Shown: piece by piece, positions 7,841-16,430 of the stretch | Layout: every line of letters begins with the position of its first letter | Numbering within the stretch: the first letter of the stretch is position 1 | Assembly (NCBI GenBank): GCA_035283685.1 | Contig: DATETJ010000003.1 | Coordinates: forward strand, 842 to 64,841 | Direction of reading: 5' to 3' | Length of the DNA stretch: 64,000 nt | From: Candidatus Bathyarchaeia archaeon | GTDB lineage: Archaea; Thermoproteota; Bathyarchaeia; Bathyarchaeales; Bathyarchaeaceae | Made by a program: the position numbers and the translations under genes | Notes under the pieces: model-generated | Seen by the model: the letters and a program-made list of their open reading frames with translations, nothing else | Database searches by the model: none | What the model was told of the DNA's origin: nothing

Positions 7841-9013
7841 ATGTCTGGAAAACCTCTAGTCTCAATTGTTACAGCGGGCATGTCCAAGTTTGGGCGATTC
7901 GACGGCGTTTACGGCAGAGAACTCTTTGTTGAAGCGGCGAAGGACGCCTATGAAAAATGTCCAAATCTCGATCCAAAAAGAGACATCAAAGCGTTGATTG
8001 TGGGCCAAATGGGCGAATCTTTTGAGCATCAAGGGCACACGGGTCCAACTGTGGCAGACTGGATTGGGTTGACGCCGATCCCCACAATGAGAACTGAAGC
8101 TGCCTGCAGTTCATCTGCAGTTGCCATACGAGCAGGAGTCATGGCAGTCATGTCAGGCCTTTACGACGTGGTGATGGTAGGCGGCGTCGAAAAAATGACC
8201 CACAGGAAAACCTCAGATGTCACTGAGTATCTCGCCATGGCTTGCGACTTCCCATTTGAGCAGTGGCAAGGCGCAACTTTTCCAGGTTTATTCGCTATGG
8301 TTGGCCAAGCGCACATGCACAAGTATGGCACAACTGAAAAGCAGATGGCGTTAGTCGCCGTTAAGAATCATCGCCACGGCGCAATGAACCCAAAAGCACA
8401 CATGCAAAAAGAAATCTGCCTGGAAGACGCATTGTCTTCAAGGGTTGTGGCTTGGCCTCTGAAACTGTACGACTGTTCACTCATAACCGACGGAGCCAGC
8501 TGCCTAGTCTTGACCAAGCCTGAAATAGCGAAGAGATTCACTGACACGCCAGTTCACATAATCGGCTCAGGACACGCCAGCGACACGATTGGCTTGTATG
8601 AACGCGAGAACCTAACAAACCTTGACGCCGGTCGACTAGCTGGAGAGGAAGCCTACAAAATGGCAGGCATCAAGCCCGAAGACATTGACGTAGCCGAAGT
8701 TCACGACTGCTTCACAATCGCTGAGATCGTCGCGTACGAAGACCTAGGCTTCTGCCCGCGCGGCAAAGGCGGATGCCTAGTCGAGGACGGACAAACAGGG
8801 TTAGATGGCAAGGTTGCAGTTAACACGAGCGGTGGACTAAAAGCTAAAGGGCATCCTGTGGGCGCAACGGGCACGGCGCAAGCCTACGAAATCTACCTAC
8901 AATTAACCGAGCAAGCGGGGAAACGACAGGTGAAAGGAGCTGAAATCGGCTTAACCCACAACATCGGAGGCTTGGGCGCAACGGGAGTAGTTAACGTTTA
9001 CAAGAGGGGATGA
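7841..9013 (+). CDS. thiolase (acetyl-CoA C-acetyltransferase, archaeal type)
   Basis: The track ORF starts at 7280, but its first ~187 codons lie antisense to the M20 gene. In-frame ATGs at 7823 and 7841 give MSGKPLVSIVTAGMSKFGR. The protein has a catalytic-Cys context (RTEAACSSSAVAI) and C-terminal GHPVGATG and NIGGLG motifs. Confidence 0.8.
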   Translation: MSGKPLVSIVTAGMSKFGRFDGVYGRELFVEAAKDAYEKCPNLDPKRDIKALIVGQMGESFEHQGHTGPTVADWIGLTPIPTMRTEAACSSSAVAIRAGVMAVMSGLYDVVMVGGVEKMTHRKTSDVTEYLAMACDFPFEQWQGATFPGLFAMVGQAHMHKYGTTEKQMALVAVKNHRHGAMNPKAHMQKEICLEDALSSRVVAWPLKLYDCSLITDGASCLVLTKPEIAKRFTDTPVHIIGSGHASDTIGLYERENLTNLDAGRLAGEEAYKMAGIKPEDIDVAEVHDCFTIAEIVAYEDLGFCPRGKGGCLVEDGQTGLDGKVAVNTSGGLKAKGHPVGATGTAQAYEIYLQLTEQAGKRQVKGAEIGLTHNIGGLGATGVVNVYKRG

Positions 9014-9020
9014 AAAGCAG

Positions 9021-9446
9021 ATGTCTGAAGTTCGACCTTTCACGATAGAGAGCTTCTACAAGTTTGTGGGCGAAGGCAAACTGATGGCAGCCAAATGCAT
9101 CAATTGCGGAGCCGTGACTCTGCCGCCCCGACCCGCATGCTCAAAATGCTTGTCCCAAAATTTGAAATGGATTCCCGTGGACGAAGAGTGCAAACTGTTA
9201 ACATACACCATGATTCACGTGTCGCCCAAAGAATTCGAATCAAAGGTTCCCTATGCCCTCGGCATCGTCAAGTTCGATGACGGAAGTCAGCTCCTAGGCA
9301 TGATTCGAGACATCGAACCGAACAAGATTCAAATCGGCATGACACTCAAAGTGGACTTCGAAAAGACTTCGACATCGCCCTCAGCCCCTGCACAAACACA
9401 ACCGCAATGGCCACAATGGCCAAGGTACTTTTTCAAACCAGCGTAA
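9021..9446 (+). CDS. DUF35 OB-fold/zinc-ribbon protein (thiolase/HMG-CoA synthase scaffold family)
   Basis: Zinc ribbon CINCGAVTLPPRPACSKCLS followed by an OB-fold region. It lies immediately downstream of the thiolase. Confidence 0.8.
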   Translation: MSEVRPFTIESFYKFVGEGKLMAAKCINCGAVTLPPRPACSKCLSQNLKWIPVDEECKLLTYTMIHVSPKEFESKVPYALGIVKFDDGSQLLGMIRDIEPNKIQIGMTLKVDFEKTSTSPSAPAQTQPQWPQWPRYFFKPA

Positions 9447-9545
9447 ACAACAGTGGCATTCGGAGAAACACCACAAACTATATTATGCTGTTGGCATTCC
9501 TCTGTGCCGCAGAAATGCTTCGCGTCTGAAAAGCGGTGAAATGCA

Positions 9546-10241
9546 GTGAACGTAAAAGCCGTGGTGTTTGACCTTGACGGCACAATCGTCAGCTTCAACT
9601 TAGACTACAAATCAGCACGCGCAGACGTAATACAATTCTTCACTAGCCAGGGATTTCCGCAGTCAATTTTCTCGATGAACGAAAGCGTGTTTGAAATGCT
9701 GAAGAAAGCCGAAATCTACTTGCAGAACCACCGTGTAGGCGCTAAGGACCTTTCGAAGCTTAAAAAAGACGTTTGGAGTATCATGGAAAAGTACGAGATG
9801 GAAAGCGCCAAATCCACACAGCTGTTGCCTGGGATAATTGAAACGCTTCAGGCTTTGAAAAAAATGAGGCTTAAGCTGGGGCTCTTCACTGTAAACAGCC
9901 AGAGAGCAACTGAACACATTTTGTCAACGTTTCGGTTGAAGCCTTTCTTCCGAACAGTTGTAACCCGAGATTCAGTGGACTTTGTGAAGCCTAACCCGAT
10001 TCACTTAGAGACTGTCTTGAAAGCATTGAAAGTCAAGCCAGAAGAAACCATAGTTATAGGCGACAGTGTACTCGACATGAAGGCAGCACAAGGACTCGAT
10101 GTTTTCGCCGTTGGTACGTCAACAGGCTTTGCTACGCCAGAGCAACTGACCCGGGCAGGAGCCAACTGCCTGATCTCATCGCCGCTAGATATCATCCCTC
10201 TTGTGGAAAAACTCGACCAAACTGAATCAGCAACAGACTGA
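9546..10241 (+). CDS. HAD-superfamily phosphatase
   Basis: HAD motif I VVFDLDGTIV, motif II LGLFTVNS and motif IV VIGDSVLDM. Confidence 0.75.
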   Translation: MNVKAVVFDLDGTIVSFNLDYKSARADVIQFFTSQGFPQSIFSMNESVFEMLKKAEIYLQNHRVGAKDLSKLKKDVWSIMEKYEMESAKSTQLLPGIIETLQALKKMRLKLGLFTVNSQRATEHILSTFRLKPFFRTVVTRDSVDFVKPNPIHLETVLKALKVKPEETIVIGDSVLDMKAAQGLDVFAVGTSTGFATPEQLTRAGANCLISSPLDIIPLVEKLDQTESATD

Positions 10242-10262
10242 CTCCATACCTAGTGATGGATT

Positions 10263-10961
10263 TTGAAGCTGTACCTGCTCTGTGATGGATTCGTCACTTT
10301 AGACAAGAGTTTCCTAGTTTACATGAAGTACATGGCACAGCCTTACGAGGCAGCCATAAAATCCCTCCTTATTATGGCTGAAAGTGAAAACATACTAGTT
10401 GACACTGGAATAGGCGAGCCGCCAGAAAAGTACCGAAAATTCTATGCAGTAAAAAGGGAGCCTGAGCACAACCTGAAAGCCCAACTAGCCCAGCAAAAGA
10501 TGAAACCTGAAGACATAGGCATTGTGATAAACACGCATCTTCATTTTGACCATTGCGGCAATAACGCCCTTTTTCCGAACGCCAAATTCATTGTTCAAGC
10601 CGACGAATTCAGGTATGCTCAACAGCCGGAGAGATTTCAAGAAGCAGCTTACATCAAAGAGCTTTTCAACATCAAAGCCCATTACAGACTCGTTCAAGGC
10701 GGGCTTAATGTCACAGAGGACGTCTTCTTGCTTCCAACTCCAGGTCATTCTATTGGACACCAGTCAGTTGTCGTCAAGTCGGGTGAAAGGAACTATGTTT
10801 TCTGCGGCGACGCCGCGCCCGTTAAAGAAAGTCTGGAGAAGAGGAACATACCCGGCGTGCTCTACTCTTCCCATGAAGCCCTCATGTCAATTGACCGCTT
10901 GAAGGCAATAAGCAATTCAATGTACATTTACTCTCACGACAACGAACAACTAATGCTTTAG
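10263..10961 (+). CDS. MBL-fold metallohydrolase (lactonase-like)
   Basis: HLHFDHCGN zinc motif and TPGHSIGH. The N-terminus MKLYLLCDG is typical of AHL-lactonase-like proteins. TTG start. Confidence 0.7.
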   Translation: MKLYLLCDGFVTLDKSFLVYMKYMAQPYEAAIKSLLIMAESENILVDTGIGEPPEKYRKFYAVKREPEHNLKAQLAQQKMKPEDIGIVINTHLHFDHCGNNALFPNAKFIVQADEFRYAQQPERFQEAAYIKELFNIKAHYRLVQGGLNVTEDVFLLPTPGHSIGHQSVVVKSGERNYVFCGDAAPVKESLEKRNIPGVLYSSHEALMSIDRLKAISNSMYIYSHDNEQLML

Positions 10962-10964
10962 AAA

Positions 10965-11056
10965 TGGAGCCCCGGGCGGGATTCGAACCCGCGACCTACA
11001 GCTTTCTTGAGCCTATGTATACAAGGCTATTGCTCTACCGGCTGAGCTACCGAGGC
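10965..11056 (-). tRNA. tRNA-Thr(TGT) with a 16-nt canonical (37/38) intron
   Basis: The reverse complement reads GCCTCGG-TA-GCTCAGCCGGTAGAGC-A-ATAGC-CTTGTA[TACATAGGCTCAAGAA]A-GCTGT-AGGTC-GCGGGTTCGAATCCCGC-CCGGGGC-T-CCA. A CTTG/CAAG 4-bp helix flanked by 3-nt bulges gives a BHB. Confidence 0.85.
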
Positions 11057-11119
11057 ACACTCATCAACAACAAGCAACCTAATATTTTAAAATTTGGTGA
11101 CGAGAAAAAAACAAGTTCT

Positions 11120-11225
11120 TGGTGCCGGGGGCGGGATTCGAGCCCGCGACTTCTGGACTGGGCGTTTGCCCCTTTGTTCTCCAGATTATGAGTCTGGCGC
11201 CCAAACCAAGCTAGGCTACCCCGGC
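11120..11225 (-). tRNA. tRNA-Met(CAT), elongator-type or Ile2-type, with a ~28-nt non-canonical intron 3' of the anticodon stem
   Basis: The reverse complement reads GCCGGGG-TA-GCCT..GGGC-G-CCAGA-CTCATAA-TCTGG-[33 nt where 5 are expected]-GCGGGCTCGAATCCCGC-CCCCGGC-A-CCA. G1-C72 argues against an initiator. Confidence 0.65.
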
Positions 11226-11378
11226 AAACGTGCCATAGCTCTAGCGCGAGCGTTAATTTGAGGCTTTCTAATGCCGCCTAGGTTATATTTTGGTTTTGGA
11301 CTGCGTGTAGTTTGTCTTCATTCACACACGCTTATTATCAGCGACAGAAGAAAGACGCATCAGAATGGTGATTCGAAC

Positions 11379-11843
11379 ATGGAAATAGAAGACATAATGA
11401 TAAACAAAGTGGTTACGATAGATCCAAACGCCACTATTAGAGATGCTGCCAAACTCATGAACAAGCATGAAATTGGGTGCCTTATAGCGATCAAGAAGGG
11501 AAAAGCCTTGGGCATAATGACTGAAAGAGACTTGCTGAAGAGAATTGTGGAACAAGGCTTGAACCCACAAAAAACTAAGGTTCACCAGATAATGTCCAAA
11601 CGCCTAGTCGTAGGCGCACCGCATATGGAGATTGCAGACGCCGTTAGACTGATGCTGCAGAAGAAAATCAAGAAACTGCCCATCGTCGAAGAGGGCACGA
11701 TAATCGGTTTGATAACACTGACTGACATCGCGCGGACAGCGCGCATTGAACCTCAAATGGTAGGCGTCATCAAAGAACTTCAAAAGTCAGGTTGGCTGCC
11801 ACCCAAGCACATGAAAAAAGTATTAGACTTCTATGTAGTTTAA
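11379..11843 (+). CDS. CBS-domain pair protein
   Basis: The in-frame ATG at 11379 gives MEIEDIMINKVVTIDPNATIRDAAKLMNKHEIGCLIAI...GIMTERDLLKRIV plus a second CBS repeat (KKLPIVEEGTIIGLITLTDI). The upstream part of the track ORF (from 11271) looks noncoding. Confidence 0.7.
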   Translation: MEIEDIMINKVVTIDPNATIRDAAKLMNKHEIGCLIAIKKGKALGIMTERDLLKRIVEQGLNPQKTKVHQIMSKRLVVGAPHMEIADAVRLMLQKKIKKLPIVEEGTIIGLITLTDIARTARIEPQMVGVIKELQKSGWLPPKHMKKVLDFYVV

Positions 11844-11846
11844 GAA

Positions 11847-12560
11847 TCAGTGTTTTTCAAGCCGTTTAACTGTGTCACGTGTTCCAACGTACACCACGTC
11901 AGCAAGGCCTATGAACAATCCAGTTTCAACTACGCCAGAAACACACTTAAGCCTAGTGTCAAGCTCCTTTGGATCCTCGATTTTCTTCATCCACACATCC
12001 AAAAGAAAATTCCCATTGTCAGTCACAACGGGTCCGACTTTGCCCGTTCCCATGCGGAGAACAGGTTTACCTCTAAACTCGCGAATCTTTGACATGACCG
12101 TAGCTACGGCGAATGGTAAGACTTCAACCGGCACAGGATGATTAACTCCAAGACGCTTGACAAGCTTGGTTTCATCAATAACTATCACCTTCTGCTTGGA
12201 AGCCAAGGCGACTATTTTCTCTCTCGCCAAAGCGCCGCCCATACCTTTTATCATGTTCAAGTCTGGGTCAACTTGGTCAGCTCCATCTATCGTTAGATCA
12301 AGTTGCGGATGCTCATCCAAAGTTGTTACTTGTATGCCGCAGTCCACAGCCAGTGAGAATGCTTGATGCGACGTTGGCACTCCGAGAATGCACCATTTCC
12401 TTTGACGAACAAGCTTGCCTATTTCATGTATAGCATAGGCTGCAGTGCTTCCGCTGCCAAGTCCAATGACCTGATTATTCTTGACGTGTTTAACGGCTTC
12501 TCTGGCAGCGCGCTTCTTGGCATCTTCAACCCAACCTGTGCTGCTAGCTTTCGCCTTCAA
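11847..12560 (-). CDS. rpiA: ribose-5-phosphate isomerase A
   Basis: GLGSGSTAAYAI, TIDGADQVD and IKGMGGALAREKIVA. Confidence 0.85.
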   Translation of the reverse strand: MKAKASSTGWVEDAKKRAAREAVKHVKNNQVIGLGSGSTAAYAIHEIGKLVRQRKWCILGVPTSHQAFSLAVDCGIQVTTLDEHPQLDLTIDGADQVDPDLNMIKGMGGALAREKIVALASKQKVIVIDETKLVKRLGVNHPVPVEVLPFAVATVMSKIREFRGKPVLRMGTGKVGPVVTDNGNFLLDVWMKKIEDPKELDTRLKCVSGVVETGLFIGLADVVYVGTRDTVKRLEKH

Positions 12561-13272
12561 CTTCCATCTGTCCTAGTCTTTCAAGAACCTTCTCAACTTC
12601 AGCCCTAATCTCTTCAATTCGTTTTTGAGCGTCGCTCCTAGGCGTTGGCGCTAGTGTAGGCTTTTTGCGAGGCTTCTTCTTATCTTTCTCCTTTTCTTTC
12701 TCGGGTTCTTCCATCGATTCCAAGCCACGCGTTGGCAGTTCAACTTTGGTAGTTGCAGCCTCTTCCTCAGCCGCCTTTATTTCCAACCGCGTTCTAAGTT
12801 CATCCACCTTCTGACCTAGCTCATCGAAGCGCTCGCTGAACAGCTTAACCAAGTCGTCCTGCATCGATTCAAGTTCATGCAATGCCACAACAGATTCGCT
12901 CTTTGAAATGCTGTCCCGAATAGTAAGCATTCGATCTTTGTAGTGTTCGCCGATTTTCTCCCTTTCTTCCTCCGTTATCTTGCCTTCAGCTTGGGCTTCA
13001 TACAAACGTCGAATGGCAAAGCTCAATATCTCTCGCTCAAGGTCAAGCATCTTGAGCTTTTCCTTAGCCTCTTTAGCTTCCTCTGTTGTGACTGTGTGCT
13101 GCGACGTTAGTGAAAATCGCTTTGTCCACGCTTCTGTCGGGGAAACAGCTGCTGGCTCAGGCGCAACTTTCTTTTTGGCTTTTCCCATTCTCGTGGCATA
13201 AAACACGACGAGAGCGGTTGCAACTGCTCCACCCACTGCTAGAGCATAAAATAGCCACTCGGAATCTGCCAC
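12544..13272 (-). CDS. membrane-anchored coiled-coil protein (hypothetical)
   Basis: An N-terminal TM helix (WLFYALAVGGAVATALVVFYA) is followed by Glu/Lys-rich heptad-like sequence. Confidence 0.5.
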   Translation of the reverse strand: MADSEWLFYALAVGGAVATALVVFYATRMGKAKKKVAPEPAAVSPTEAWTKRFSLTSQHTVTTEEAKEAKEKLKMLDLEREILSFAIRRLYEAQAEGKITEEEREKIGEHYKDRMLTIRDSISKSESVVALHELESMQDDLVKLFSERFDELGQKVDELRTRLEIKAAEEEAATTKVELPTRGLESMEEPEKEKEKDKKKPRKKPTLAPTPRSDAQKRIEEIRAEVEKVLERLGQMEVEGES

Positions 13273-13329
13273 GAGGTTCCCTCAACTGACATCAACGTTT
13301 TTCATCGTAGGTGGTATATAAAATTGATA

Positions 13330-14091
13330 TCACGCTTTCAACGTGGCGACAAACAACTCAGCAGAGCGACCTGAACTCGAGCAGCAGATTCCAGGCAAGT
13401 GCTCAACCTTAACTTTTGAAAACGCTTTCTTGGTTGCTTGCTCAATCTGTTTAGAGTCAAAACCTAGGTGGACGTCGCCCATCTCGTCTCTGAATTCGGC
13501 GAAAGTGTGAGTGCATAGGTCAACTATCACAGCTTTTCCAGCCTTGTTCAGGACTTGCCGAACACTCTTGAAAACCTTGTTTATGTCTGGGCAGTGGTGC
13601 AGCATAAGGGTCGAGAACACAGCGTCGAATCGCTTTGGAATTGTCGCGTATTTCCGAGCCATGTCCGTGCTTCCTTGGATGTTTTCAGCTATTCCAAAAA
13701 ATGGGATGATATGCTCTTTTTTCTTTTTTAGAGCCAATAGCATGGCAGGTGTGGGGTCCATGGCGTAGAACGAGGCATGAGGCATAAGCTTCCTGACTTT
13801 TGAAGCCAATTTTACTGTGAAGAAGCCTGAGCCAGCTCCCATGTCCAGAATCTGGGCGGTTGGCTTGAGTTTTGGAGTGGAGTTTAGGCGAGTTACGATG
13901 GAGTCCACTATCCTTTCAATCCCTTCCTTGCCGAAGTATCCTAGAACGATTTTGTCTCTTCTTTCAGCCTCTTTCTCGGTAAAATGGCCGATCTCTTGAA
14001 CAAGAATGCTGACGTTTTCGGCATTTAGTTCACGCAACAGATCAGTCAGTTTAGCTGTGTGTAGGTATTGTTCAAGAGTGAGCTGAGGCAT
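13330..14091 (-). CDS. class I SAM-dependent methyltransferase
   Basis: Motif I ILDMGAGSGFFT, with a downstream FDAVFSTLMLHH. Confidence 0.7.
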   Translation of the reverse strand: MPQLTLEQYLHTAKLTDLLRELNAENVSILVQEIGHFTEKEAERRDKIVLGYFGKEGIERIVDSIVTRLNSTPKLKPTAQILDMGAGSGFFTVKLASKVRKLMPHASFYAMDPTPAMLLALKKKKEHIIPFFGIAENIQGSTDMARKYATIPKRFDAVFSTLMLHHCPDINKVFKSVRQVLNKAGKAVIVDLCTHTFAEFRDEMGDVHLGFDSKQIEQATKKAFSKVKVEHLPGICCSSSGRSAELFVATLKA

Positions 14092-14093
14092 GG

Positions 14094-15389
14094 TTACTCC
14101 TCTCTAGGTTTCTTTCTGCCCAGTCGAATCTTGGCGGTCAATATCTTCTCTGTGGCAAACAGCCTAGCGGCTACGAAGAGTATCACGACTGTGAATATAG
14201 CCACGTATCCAATGCCTAAGGCAGCAGTGAAATAATCACCTGTTATGGTTGCTCGAGCTGCCAACATTGGGTGCGTGAACGGTAACGCTAGCAGAAATAT
14301 TCTGAATCCTAGAGGAAGTGTGTTGATGTCGGCAAACATTAGCACTAGCATGGGAATGAGCAGCGGGGTGTACACGAAGCCAAGCAAGGATTGAGCTCCA
14401 CGCACATCTTCGGCGAAGACTGAAACCACAACAGCTAATGCCAGCGCTGCGAGCAGTGCAACGAAAACCGAGAGCCCAAGAATAATATAGCTTAGAAGAC
14501 TAGGTGCCATGCCAACTGCGGCGAGGTCGATGGGCTGCTGTGCTACTGCTCCGAAAGTGAATGAACCCATGTAATAAATTACGCCCAGAACTGTGGTTAC
14601 AGCGCCGATTGCTGCAACAACCGTTGATCCTGCAAGCTTCCCCATCAGCAACGTGAAGCGACTCAGGGGCAAACTCATCAGCGTTTCCAAGGTTTTTTCT
14701 TCTTTCTCGGTTGCCACCGATGTTGCTGCCAACTGCATGGCCAAGATGATTAACATGAACAGAGCTAGAGGCAATCCTAATGACTGCGATTGAGCAAATG
14801 CGAACAGAGCTGATGGGTTCACGTCGGCTGGTTTTCCTTTGATAATGGAGTTTTCTGATACATTGATGGGGTCCAGGACAGTCTGTGGGTTGGAGAACTC
14901 TTTCTGAACAATTTCGTGTATCAGTTTCTGTTCAAATGAGTCTACCAAGCTCTGGGTAATCGTGAGAGTGAGCGACTCGGTGATTCCGCCTCCTCTGAAG
15001 ACCCCGTAGACTCTCAAAAAGCCTTGCTCGCCTTCAGTGATGTTTTTGCTAAAGCCGTCCGGGATGATCAGCACTGAGGTTACATTCGATGCTTGAGCCG
15101 CTTCGGCAATCTCGTCCATGTTTCGCGCTTCAATAGACTCAACTTTCACGTTTGGTATCGATCTCAAGAAGTCTGTCAAATTCCGGGCTACAGGCCCTTC
15201 GTCGAAGTCTGCAACTGCGATTGGCACAGTTCGTATGCTTTCTTGCATGGCTTCGGTTGAGGTGCGCAGCATAAACCCCATTAGTGGGAAGATGAGAAGA
15301 GGAGCCAAAACCATGCCTAGCAGTATTCGTGGGTCGCGCACCATCTCTTTGACTTCTTTCAAGATTATGTTGACCAATGCGCTAGGCAA
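14094..15389 (-). CDS. ABC-2 type transporter permease
   Basis: Has an N-terminal TM helix, a large extracytoplasmic loop and a C-terminal 5-TM bundle. The track ORF (to 15470) overlaps the ATPase by 89 nt. The in-frame TTG at 15389 gives LPSALVNIILKEVKEMVRDPRIL and overlaps the ATPase stop by only 8 nt. Confidence 0.7.
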   Translation of the reverse strand: MPSALVNIILKEVKEMVRDPRILLGMVLAPLLIFPLMGFMLRTSTEAMQESIRTVPIAVADFDEGPVARNLTDFLRSIPNVKVESIEARNMDEIAEAAQASNVTSVLIIPDGFSKNITEGEQGFLRVYGVFRGGGITESLTLTITQSLVDSFEQKLIHEIVQKEFSNPQTVLDPINVSENSIIKGKPADVNPSALFAFAQSQSLGLPLALFMLIILAMQLAATSVATEKEEKTLETLMSLPLSRFTLLMGKLAGSTVVAAIGAVTTVLGVIYYMGSFTFGAVAQQPIDLAAVGMAPSLLSYIILGLSVFVALLAALALAVVVSVFAEDVRGAQSLLGFVYTPLLIPMLVLMFADINTLPLGFRIFLLALPFTHPMLAARATITGDYFTAALGIGYVAIFTVVILFVAARLFATEKILTAKIRLGRKKPREE

Positions 15390-16113
15390 GACCTGCCACC
15401 TCCACAAACACTTCCTCCAAATTCGCCGCCTTATGCTTAGATTTGAGCTCCGATGGCGAACCTTCGACAATGATTTTGCCCTTGTTCACCAGTGCCACTT
15501 GATCGCAGAGCTGTTCAACCTCGAGCATGTTGTGGCTGGAAAGCAGAACTGTGACCTTGTGCTCCTTGGAGTATCGTTTGATTATTTCTCGAACGTGGTA
15601 AGCGTGTAACACGTCCAAGCCGCCGGTCGGCTCATCCAACATGGCAAGTTTGGGTTTGTTCATTAATGCACGTGCTACGAGTAGTCGTCGCTTCATGCCT
15701 TTGCTGTAAGTTTTCACTCTATCCTTTAACCTGTCTCCGAGACCTGAGATCTTAGCTGCATCTTCAACCATTCGCGTCAGATCATCATTGCTCTGACTGT
15801 TGAATTTGCCCATGAACTGCAGGTACTCGTAACCTGAAAGGTTCTTGTAAGCACCAGCCTCCTCAGGCAAATAAGTAATGAGCTTTCGAACTTCAGAAGC
15901 TTCGTGAACAACGTCTCGACCAAAGACTCGTGCTGAGCCGTGAGTTGGCAAAATCAGCGTCGAAATAATCCTGAGCGCAGTTGTTTTTCCTGCGCCGTTT
16001 GGTCCAATCAACCCGTATATTCTGCCTTCTTCAACCCGGAATGTCAAACTGTCTAGTGCGAGGATGTCTCCGAGGCGTTTTGTCAAGCCGGAGGCTTCGA
16101 CAGCGTTAGTCAT
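15382..16113 (-). CDS. ABC transporter ATP-binding protein
   Basis: Walker A GPNGAGKTT, signature-like YSKGMKRR, Walker B LAMLDEPTGGLD and H-loop SSH. Confidence 0.85.
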   Translation of the reverse strand: MTNAVEASGLTKRLGDILALDSLTFRVEEGRIYGLIGPNGAGKTTALRIISTLILPTHGSARVFGRDVVHEASEVRKLITYLPEEAGAYKNLSGYEYLQFMGKFNSQSNDDLTRMVEDAAKISGLGDRLKDRVKTYSKGMKRRLLVARALMNKPKLAMLDEPTGGLDVLHAYHVREIIKRYSKEHKVTVLLSSHNMLEVEQLCDQVALVNKGKIIVEGSPSELKSKHKAANLEEVFVEVAGLA

Positions 16114-16214
16114 GTCTTATTCCACTTTTCTCGAAAGAAACTCCTCGAGGCTTATAGGATTTTGCCAAACAGGCATGATGTTAGTCTATTTAGGGCTGAG
16201 TTGCTCTTCGCGTG

Positions 16215-16372
16215 TGGTGGGGCCGGCAGGAGTTGAACCTGCGACCTACGGGTTTCTCCTTTTTTTGACCGCTCCAGAACTTCTTCATTCTCACGGTCGT
16301 GAGTCCGCAAACCCGTATTCTTGTGGCTTGCTTTCTGGAGCCCGTCGTCATCCCTGGCTAGACTACGACCCC
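16215..16372 (-). tRNA. tRNA-Trp(CCA) with an 81-nt intron at 37/38 (intron 16254-16334)
   Basis: The reverse complement reads GGGGTCG-TA-GTCT..-G-ACGGG-CTCCAG[81 nt]A-CCCGT-AGGTC-GCAGGTTCAACTCCTGC-CGGCCCC-A-CCA. A CTCC/GGAG helix with AGA and AAA bulges gives a BHB. Confidence 0.85.
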
Positions 16373-16430
16373 ACCATTGGCTAGCCACCTTCAAGACAAG
16401 GCATGATCAAAATATAACCATTGTTCTCTG

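Noticed and set aside
10964-11191. 75-aa track ORF (MEPRAGFEPATY...)
   Set aside because: It lies entirely antisense over the tRNA-Thr and tRNA-Met genes. The peptide is just the translation of the tRNA T arms and acceptor stems.
16064-16394. Track ORFs 16064..16384 (+) and 16152..16394 (-)
   Set aside because: Both overlap the tRNA-Trp gene and its intron. There is no coding signal, and the tRNA structure explains the sequence.
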